Origin: Alphaproteobacteria bacterium
Lineage (GTDB): Bacteria > Pseudomonadota > Alphaproteobacteria > GCA-2731375
Direction of reading: 5' to 3'
DNA: 64,000 nt
Assembly: GCA_965232515.1 (NCBI GenBank)
Contig: CBDDPY010000002.1
Coordinates: 1,600,001-1,664,000, forward strand
The first letter of the stretch is position 1. Every line of letters begins with the position of its first letter. Shown one piece after another: positions 17,723 through 24,968 of this stretch. The notes beneath the pieces were generated by a model. The model did no database searches, was not told where the DNA came from, and saw only the letters and a list, made by a program, of their open reading frames with translations. Made by a program: the position numbers and the translations under genes.

Positions 17723-19033
17723 ATGCCCCAAACGGCGCCCGATACCCGGCATCTGCTGCACTATGGCCGCGACTTCGTGGACGAGCTGATTGCGCGTGCC
17801 GAGGGCAGCTACCTCTACACGCAGGATGGACGCGCGATCCTGGATTTCTCCTCCGGCCAGATGTGCGCCACCATCGGCCACAATCACCCTGAAATCGTCG
17901 CGGCCATGGCCGAGGCCGGCCGGACGGTGCTGCATCTCGACAGCACCATGCTGTCGCCCGAGGTCATCGCGCTGGCCGACCGTCTGTGTGACCTGCTGCC
18001 GGAACCCCTTCGGAAAGTACAGCTCCTGAATACCGGCGGCGAGGCGAACGAGGCCGCTCTTCGGCTTGCCAAAATCGCCACCGGCCGCTTCGAGGTCATC
18101 GGCATGGCGGGCTCCTGGCACGGCACGACGACAGGCGCGGCGTCGGCGACCTATGCCCATGGCCGCAAGCATTACGGGCCGGCCATGCCCGGCTCGCTGG
18201 CGATCCCGGCCCCGAACTGTTACCGCTGCCCGGTGCGGCATTGCGGCGACCGCTGCGACATGACCTGCCTGGAGGCCGGCTTCGACCTGATCGACGCGAC
18301 CTCTGTCGGCGCAGAAGCCGCCGTGATCGCGGAACCCGTCCAAAGCGCCGGCGGTGTCGTGGTGCCGCCGCCGGGCTATTTCGAACGCCTGAAGGCGCAT
18401 TGCGAGCGGCGCGGCATCCTACTGATCCTGGACGAAGCGCAAACCGGCCTGGGCCGGGTCGGCGCACTGTTCGCCTTTGAGAACGACGGCGTCGTGCCGG
18501 ATATCCTGACCCTGTCGAAAACGCTGGGCGGCGGTTTGCCGCTGTCCGCCGTCATCGCGTCCGATGGTCTGGCCGAGGCCGGCCGGGCACGCGGCTTCTC
18601 GCACTACACCTCGCACGCCTCCGATCCCCTGACGGCACGGGTTGGCCTCGCGGTCGTCGAGGTCATCGTCGCCGAGAAACTCGCCGAGCGCGCCGCCGTC
18701 ATGGGTCGGTATCTGAAAGACGGTCTGCTGGAGCTGCAGAACCGGCACGAGGCCATCGGCGACGTCCGCGGCCGCGGCCTGCTGCTCGGCGTCGAGCTGG
18801 TCGCGGACCGCGCGACGCGGGAACCCGGCCATGCGCTGATCGAGAAACTGACACGGGCCTGCTTCGCGCTTGGCCTCAACATCAACCGCGTCGGCGGCCC
18901 GCACAGCGTCTGGCGCATCGCCCCGCCGCTGACGGTCTCGCGCGACGAGATCGACCGGGCGATCGCGATCATGGACCAGGCCTTGACCGAGATTTCCGCT
19001 ACGACAGGACCGCCGACCGATGACGACCTATAA
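17723..19033 (+). CDS. dgdA: Class III PLP aminotransferase, 2,2-dialkylglycine decarboxylase-like
   Basis: HLLHYG, DGRAILDFSSGQM, SWHG.T, LDEAQTG and DILTLSKTLG resemble DgdA. Confidence 0.7.
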   Translation: MPQTAPDTRHLLHYGRDFVDELIARAEGSYLYTQDGRAILDFSSGQMCATIGHNHPEIVAAMAEAGRTVLHLDSTMLSPEVIALADRLCDLLPEPLRKVQLLNTGGEANEAALRLAKIATGRFEVIGMAGSWHGTTTGAASATYAHGRKHYGPAMPGSLAIPAPNCYRCPVRHCGDRCDMTCLEAGFDLIDATSVGAEAAVIAEPVQSAGGVVVPPPGYFERLKAHCERRGILLILDEAQTGLGRVGALFAFENDGVVPDILTLSKTLGGGLPLSAVIASDGLAEAGRARGFSHYTSHASDPLTARVGLAVVEVIVAEKLAERAAVMGRYLKDGLLELQNRHEAIGDVRGRGLLLGVELVADRATREPGHALIEKLTRACFALGLNINRVGGPHSVWRIAPPLTVSRDEIDRAIAIMDQALTEISATTGPPTDDDL

Positions 19034-19664
19034 GCTCCACTACTTCCCGGAGTCCGGAAACAGCTACAAGCTCGCGCTGATGCTGACGCTGTGCGGGCAG
19101 ACATTCGAGCCGATCTGGACCGACTTCGGCGGCGGCGTCACGCGGACGGCGGAGTGGCGGGCGCGCGTCAACGAGATGGGCGAGATCCCCGTCCTCGAGG
19201 AAGACGGCCAGCGGCTGACACAGACCGCGCCGATCCTGCTTCGTCTGGCGAAGCGGTACGACCGTTTCGGCGGTTCCAGCGAGGACGACGCGTATAAGAT
19301 CCTGCGCTGGCTGTTCTGGGACAATCACAAGCTGACCAGCTACATGGCGACCTATCGGTTCATGCGGGCCTTCACGCCGTCGCCGGATCCGGCCGTGCTC
19401 AAATTCATGCGCCGTCGGATCGACGACTGCCTCGACATCGCCGAACGACAGGTGCAGGAACGCGCGTTCGTGATCGGCGACCAGCCGTCCGTCGCCGATA
19501 TCTCGATGATCGGCTATCTCTGCTTTCCGCCGGACGAAAGCGGCTACGATCTCGCGGTCAGCCATCCGGGCGTGCACGCCTGGATCGGCCGCATTGCCGC
19601 CCTGCCCGGCTGGCGCGCGCCCTACGACCTTTTGCCGGGGAAGCGATTGCCCCGATACGGTTGA
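19020..19664 (+). CDS. Glutathione S-transferase family protein
   Basis: ESGNSYK, NEMGEIPVLE, LTQTAPIL and SVADISM motifs. Confidence 0.9.
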   Translation: MTTYKLHYFPESGNSYKLALMLTLCGQTFEPIWTDFGGGVTRTAEWRARVNEMGEIPVLEEDGQRLTQTAPILLRLAKRYDRFGGSSEDDAYKILRWLFWDNHKLTSYMATYRFMRAFTPSPDPAVLKFMRRRIDDCLDIAERQVQERAFVIGDQPSVADISMIGYLCFPPDESGYDLAVSHPGVHAWIGRIAALPGWRAPYDLLPGKRLPRYG

Positions 19665-19699
19665 TTGTTCGGAAGCCGGTAATTCCCTGAGATCTTCGC

Positions 19700-19903
19700 C
19701 TAGACCACCCGCCTCTTCTTCCAGTCATCAGTCAATAATCCGGCATAACCCCAGTCGTCTTCGGCGATTTCCTGGATCACGATATGGATATGCTCGGGTT
19801 TCTTACCGAGCGTATTGACGAGCGTGTCGGTCATCTCCCGCACGAGGGTCGACTTCTGCTCCCGCGTCGCGCCTTTGGTGATCTGGACATTGATGTACGG
19901 CAT
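19700..19903 (-). CDS. 4-oxalocrotonate tautomerase family protein
   Basis: MPYINVQIT (catalytic Pro-1), EQK..L and WG.AG; GGAGG RBS. Confidence 0.9.
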   Translation of the reverse strand: MPYINVQITKGATREQKSTLVREMTDTLVNTLGKKPEHIHIVIQEIAEDDWGYAGLLTDDWKKRRVV

Positions 19904-19967
19904 CGCGCCCTCCATGGCTCCTCACCCCCTCTAGAGATAAGCAATCGCCGCGGCGATGAAACGGCGG

Positions 19968-20864
19968 TCAGGTCGGGACCGAGGCGGCGAGGTGGTCGCG
20001 GAACAGGCGCTCCGCGTCGGAAAATCTGCGGCCCCGCTTCCAGGCGAGGCCCATGTCCATGGTCGGGACGGGCACGTCGAGCTCGCGCGCCTCGACACGA
20101 CTGCCGTCGAGCGACCAGGGCCTGTAGACCATGTCGCTGAGGATGGTGACGGCGAGGCCGTTGGCGACCATGCTGCGCACCGCTTCCAGCGCGTCGGTCT
20201 CGAACACCACGTTCGGTTTCGATTTCGCCTTCGCCCAGTAGCGGCGGGCCGCCTCATCGGCCTCGTCGGCGCGGAACATCACGTAAGGCTCGCCGACGAC
20301 ATCGGCGAGCGTGACACTGTCGCGCGTCAGCAGCGGATGCGCGCTCGACAGCCAGAGCCGGCGCCGGGACTTGATCAGCACCTCGCGGGCGATGCGCCGA
20401 CGCTTCGACAGGTTCGATGTCAGCAGCAGCGCGAGGTCGACGCCGCCATCGACGACGAGCGTTTCCAGCGCGGCACGGTCGCGCTCGACGATCTCGACGT
20501 CGATCCCGGGATAGGCCCGCCGGAACCGGGACAGGATCGGGAACACGAAATAGCCGGAGAAGGTGAAGGTCAGGCCCAGGCGAATATGGCCCGTCACCTC
20601 GGCGACGCCGGCGCGCATCGACTGCAGCGCATCGGTCACCGCGCCTTCGATATTGCGCGCATGGTTCAGAAAGCGATGCCCGTCGCGGGTCAGCGTCAGA
20701 CCGGTCGCATGGCGGGTGAACAGGCCGACGCCGAGTTCGGCCTCGAGGTCCTTCAGCGCGAGCGTCACCGCCGACTGGGAAATGTTGAGCTGGCTTGCCG
20801 CGGCGGACACCTGCCCGGCCTCGGCGACGCCGATGAAATAGCGGACCTGGCGTAAGGACACCAT
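19968..20864 (-). CDS. LysR-family transcriptional regulator
   Basis: N-terminal HTH SAAASQLNISQSAVT...LE.ELGV.LF.R; substrate-binding domain. Confidence 0.95.
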   Translation of the reverse strand: MVSLRQVRYFIGVAEAGQVSAAASQLNISQSAVTLALKDLEAELGVGLFTRHATGLTLTRDGHRFLNHARNIEGAVTDALQSMRAGVAEVTGHIRLGLTFTFSGYFVFPILSRFRRAYPGIDVEIVERDRAALETLVVDGGVDLALLLTSNLSKRRRIAREVLIKSRRRLWLSSAHPLLTRDSVTLADVVGEPYVMFRADEADEAARRYWAKAKSKPNVVFETDALEAVRSMVANGLAVTILSDMVYRPWSLDGSRVEARELDVPVPTMDMGLAWKRGRRFSDAERLFRDHLAASVPT

Positions 20865-20991
20865 TATTGATTTCTCAAATATTCTATTTCTGATTTTTGA
20901 ATTTCAAATTTTGTCGCGCTTGCTGTCAAGTCGAAGGCATCGGCCACCCGAACAACGCCGTCGCGGCCCTCGACAAACCGGAGCCTGGACC

Positions 20992-21213
20992 ATGCGCCAA
21001 AAGGATCAGATCAGACGCCGCTCGGACGGTTCCATCGACACCGCCTACTATCTGGCGCTCGGCCGGACCTGCCGGTCACGCGCATGCCGACGGAATGGCC
21101 GGGTGCTGCTGTACCGGGCCGTCGCAGCGCTTGGACTCCGTATTCGCGGACCGGATGATTATCGTCGCGCGACGACCGCGCCGAGGCACCGGGTCGCCCG
21201 GCACCTTGGCTGA
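20992..21213 (+). CDS. Small basic hypothetical protein
   Basis: MRQKDQIRRRSDGSIDTAYYLALGR..RS; GGAG RBS; divergent from the LysR gene. Confidence 0.5.
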   Translation: MRQKDQIRRRSDGSIDTAYYLALGRTCRSRACRRNGRVLLYRAVAALGLRIRGPDDYRRATTAPRHRVARHLG

Positions 21214-21306
21214 CGCCGGCCGGCCGCGATCTTTTGACGGAGATCATGTCGCGTCACGCCCATTGCGCCAACATGCGCCGGCATTCGTCGACAAGGAGGC
21301 GAAGTC

Positions 21307-21792
21307 ATGCGCACGCTGGTCGTCTATTACTCGCGTACGGGCCACACGCGGGCCGTGGCCGAAGCCCTTGGCAACGCGCTAGACGCGGATCTGACCGAGA
21401 TCCACTGCGACCGCTACCGAGGCGGCATGTGGCGCTACCTGCGGGCCGGCTACGACAGCGTCAAGGGCAACCTGCCGCCGATCGAGGGACCGGCGATAGC
21501 GCCCGACACATATGATCTGGTGGTCATCGGCGGTCCGGTCTGGACGGCCCATCCGGCCCTGCCTATTCGGACCTTTCTTTCGGAACGCCCACCAATGCCG
21601 CGGCGGATCGCCTTGTTCTTGACACATGGCGGCCACTCATCGCCTGAACGCGCGTTCGCTGAAATGGAGGCACTGCTGCCGACGCCGGCCGTCGCGACCC
21701 TTGCGCTTCGCGACGGCGAGATCGACAAGGGCGGGCTCTCGACGGCCATCGGAGGATTTGCGACAGCGCTCGGCCATCGCGACGCCGCCTGA
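21307..21792 (+). CDS. Flavodoxin family protein
   Basis: YYSRTGHT FMN loop, GGPVW and FLTHGG. Confidence 0.9.
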   Translation: MRTLVVYYSRTGHTRAVAEALGNALDADLTEIHCDRYRGGMWRYLRAGYDSVKGNLPPIEGPAIAPDTYDLVVIGGPVWTAHPALPIRTFLSERPPMPRRIALFLTHGGHSSPERAFAEMEALLPTPAVATLALRDGEIDKGGLSTAIGGFATALGHRDAA

Positions 21793-21802
21793 CGACGGCG
21801 GG

Positions 21803-22441
21803 CTAGGCAAAGGGCTCGAATTCTCCCGTCTCGGCATCGAGGGCCAGCAGCTCGCCGGTGGTAATGCCGAAGTAAGCCCCACGCACGCGCAGCCGGCCAT
21901 CGTCGACCCGTTCCTTGATGAACGGGAAGGTCAGGAGGTTCTTGAGCGAATGCCGGACGGAGGCGTGCTCCAGCGCCTGCTGCCGGGCTTCGATCGGCGC
22001 GCCGGCGGTGTCCCGCAGAGCCTCGGCCCGCGCCGGCCCCAGCAGCGCCATCCAGCGATCGATGAAGCCGCGCGGATGCTCGGCATCGAAGGCGCCATCG
22101 AGACAGGCGCGCACGCCCCCGCAGCCTTCGTGCCCCATGACGATGATGTTTTCGATGTTCAGGCTGGCGACGGCGTATTCCAGCGCGGCGCAGGTGCTGT
22201 GTGCGTCGCCGAGCGGGTCGAACGGCGGCACCAGGTTGGCGACGTTGCGCACGATGAACAATTCGCCCGGCCGGGCGCTGAAGATGGCCGTCGGGTCGAC
22301 CCGGCTGTCGCAGCAGGCGACGATCATGGTCTTCGGCGACTGGCCGGCCTCGGCGAGCCCGCTGTAGAGTTCGGCCTCGGCCGGATATCGGTTCTTCCGA
22401 AAGCGACGGTAGCCGTCGACCAGTTCAGGAATATTGCGCAT
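21803..22441 (-). CDS. Beta-class carbonic anhydrase
   Basis: CCDSRV, GELFIVRNVAN and HEGCGG zinc ligands. Confidence 0.95.
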   Translation of the reverse strand: MRNIPELVDGYRRFRKNRYPAEAELYSGLAEAGQSPKTMIVACCDSRVDPTAIFSARPGELFIVRNVANLVPPFDPLGDAHSTCAALEYAVASLNIENIIVMGHEGCGGVRACLDGAFDAEHPRGFIDRWMALLGPARAEALRDTAGAPIEARQQALEHASVRHSLKNLLTFPFIKERVDDGRLRVRGAYFGITTGELLALDAETGEFEPFA

Positions 22442-22469
22442 ATCGCCCTCATCGATTTGCGCCGATGGT

Positions 22470-23165
22470 TTAATCGAAATCCGCGATCAGGTCGAGCACT
22501 TCGCCGAGATGGGCGACCTGGCGATAGCGCGAGGCGTCGGTCGGCGGTTCGGCATGCTCGACCGCCCAGGTCAGGTCGTGGGGCACATGCACGGCCCAGC
22601 AACCGGCTTCCAGCGCCGGCAGAACGTCGGAGCGCAGCGAATTGCCAACCATCATGGCCCGCGCCGGACCGTCGCCGTGCCGGTCGAAAACACGCTCGTA
22701 AACGGCCGCGGTCTTGTCGCTGACGATCTCGATGGCATCAAACAGGTCGCCGAGGCCCGACTGCGCCAGCTTGCGCTCCTGATCGAAGAGGTCGCCCTTG
22801 GTGATCAGAATGATTCGGTAGGCACCGGCCAGGCGTTCGAGGACTTGTCCGGCATGCGGCATGACCTCGATCGGATGCGCCAGCAGCTCGCGGCCGGCCG
22901 CTAGGACTTCGGCGATGACCGATGCGGGCACGCGATTCTCGGTGACCTCGATGGCGGTCTCGATCATCGAGAGCGTGAAGCCCTTGATGCCGAAGCCGTA
23001 ATGGCCAAGGTTGCGCTTCTCCGCCTCGAGCAGACGCTCGGACAGGTGGTCCGGTTCGGCATAGTCGGCCAGCAACGCCTGGAAGCGTTCTTCGGTCAGC
23101 CGGTAGAACTGCTCGTTCTGCCACAGCGTGTCGTCGGCGTCGAAGCCGATGGCCGTCAGCGACAT
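22470..23165 (-). CDS. HAD-superfamily hydrolase
   Basis: FDADDTLW, ITKGDL and MVGNSLRSDV. Confidence 0.92.
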   Translation of the reverse strand: MSLTAIGFDADDTLWQNEQFYRLTEERFQALLADYAEPDHLSERLLEAEKRNLGHYGFGIKGFTLSMIETAIEVTENRVPASVIAEVLAAGRELLAHPIEVMPHAGQVLERLAGAYRIILITKGDLFDQERKLAQSGLGDLFDAIEIVSDKTAAVYERVFDRHGDGPARAMMVGNSLRSDVLPALEAGCWAVHVPHDLTWAVEHAEPPTDASRYRQVAHLGEVLDLIADFD

Positions 23166-23169
23166 GGGT

Positions 23170-24579
23170 TCAGTCGACGACAACAGGCGCCAGCGTGTCG
23201 AGCAGCCCGCGGGCGTGCGCGGTGACGCGGGCGTCATCGCCCGGCCGGCCCATGATCTGCGCGCCGACCGGCAACCCGCCGACGCCCATCAGCGGCAGGC
23301 TGACCGAGGGCGCGAACAGCAGCGAAGCCGGGTAGTTGAAGATCGCGTCGCCGGTCGGCCGCGGCGCCAGCGGCTCGCCCGGCCGGTCGCCGGGCCAGAG
23401 CGGCGCCGGTCCCGGACAGGCGAGCGTCACGGCGCCGTCCGCAAGCGCCATGGCCTGGGCGTAGTGCCGCTGCGCAACCTCGCGCCTAAGCAACAGTGCG
23501 CGGTAGTCGTCGACGGCCATCGCCTCGGCCCGTTCCAGCGTCGCCTTGGCGCGGTCGCTAACGCCGTCAGGCGATTGATCCACAAGCGCGCGATAGGCCC
23601 AGCGGTTCTCCCAGGCGGTGATCGGGTTGCAGACATCGGCGGCCTCCGCGAGCACGACCTCCAGGGCTTCGATCAGCGGATCGTCGCCACGCCGCAACAA
23701 GGTGACACCGGTTTGCTGGAGCTGCTCCAGCAACGTTTCGAACGCCGTGCGGCTGGCGTCGTCGAGTCCGGGCCAGCCCGCCGTCTCCAGCACCATCAAA
23801 GTGCCCGGCCGGACAGCGGCGGGCGGCGTCGCTGGGCCGATCAGGCCGGGACCGCCGCGGTCGCCGCCAACGCGTCGCACGATCTCGATGGCGACCTGCC
23901 ACATGTCCTCGATCGAGCCGGCATGGACGCCGTGCGTGCTCATGCTGGTGATCTGCCGTTCGCCGCGATTGATGCCACCCTGGCTCGGCTTCAGCGCCAC
24001 ATTGCCGCAGAAGCCGGCCGGCCGGATGATCGAGCCGCCGACCTGCGAGCCGATCGCCGCCGGCATCATCTGGGCGGCGACGGCCGCGGCCGAGCCCGAA
24101 GACGAGCCGCCGGGCGTGCGCGTCGGATCGAACGGATTGGTGGTCGGGCCGGGATGCGTACCGCCAAGCTCGGCCGTCACGGTCTTACCGAAGATCACGG
24201 CGCCGGCCTGCCGCAAGGCCGCGACGGTGGCATTGTCGCGCTTCGGGAAGTTGCCGCGGCAGGCTTCGCAACCGAGCCCGGTGGGCATGTCCCTGGTCTC
24301 GAGCAGGTCCTTGATTCCGACCGGCATGCCGTCGATGCGCGACAGTTGCCGGCCATCCTTCCAGCGCGCCGTACTGGCGTCCGCCATCTCGCGCGCGCCG
24401 TCCTCGTTCAGGCTGGCGAAGGCGCGCACCACCGGCTCGCGCGCCGCGACGGCTTCGAGACAGCGCTCGAGATAGTCGCGCGGCGTATCGCTGCCGTCGT
24501 CGAAACTCGCGAGCGCGTCGTGGAAGGTGCGTGCGCGAAACGATTGCGGATCGTATCTCCGGCCTGCACTCGCCGTCAT
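23170..24579 (-). CDS. Amidase-signature family protein
   Basis: IKD, PGGSSSGS and GSQVGGSIIRPA. Confidence 0.9.
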   Translation of the reverse strand: MTASAGRRYDPQSFRARTFHDALASFDDGSDTPRDYLERCLEAVAAREPVVRAFASLNEDGAREMADASTARWKDGRQLSRIDGMPVGIKDLLETRDMPTGLGCEACRGNFPKRDNATVAALRQAGAVIFGKTVTAELGGTHPGPTTNPFDPTRTPGGSSSGSAAAVAAQMMPAAIGSQVGGSIIRPAGFCGNVALKPSQGGINRGERQITSMSTHGVHAGSIEDMWQVAIEIVRRVGGDRGGPGLIGPATPPAAVRPGTLMVLETAGWPGLDDASRTAFETLLEQLQQTGVTLLRRGDDPLIEALEVVLAEAADVCNPITAWENRWAYRALVDQSPDGVSDRAKATLERAEAMAVDDYRALLLRREVAQRHYAQAMALADGAVTLACPGPAPLWPGDRPGEPLAPRPTGDAIFNYPASLLFAPSVSLPLMGVGGLPVGAQIMGRPGDDARVTAHARGLLDTLAPVVVD

Positions 24580-24968
24580 TCGTCAGCTCCCTGTCTTCGA
24601 CCCGGCGGGCCAGATGTCATCGCAACGTCCTGGCGACCATCGCGATTCTAACACTCCGCTGCTCAGTTGGGCGGCAAACGCCATCTCCTGCCAATGGGAC
24701 GTTGGTTGGTCAAACCGCTAACCGTCGGTTATCGTTGGTTTCTGTTGTTTCCCCTTTGGTGGTGGTTGAGGGCTCGGCATGGCGGCCATTCGGTCGACGC
24801 GCACGGACACGCGAAGGGCAGAAACGGATCGCGACTTTCCCGGCAAAAGGCCGACGATCGCGATGAATGCGGCTGCGGTTCTGCCGTTACGAATGCCGCC
24901 AAACACCGAAGAAAAGACGCCCGAACGTCCGGACCACTCATGTCGCCACCATCTGCATGGAGGCGCTC

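Noticed and set aside
24670-24740. c-di-GMP-I riboswitch (GGCAAAC...GGGACG)
   Set aside because: Lacks the GNRA-capped stem and the following CAAAG/receptor elements; partial match only
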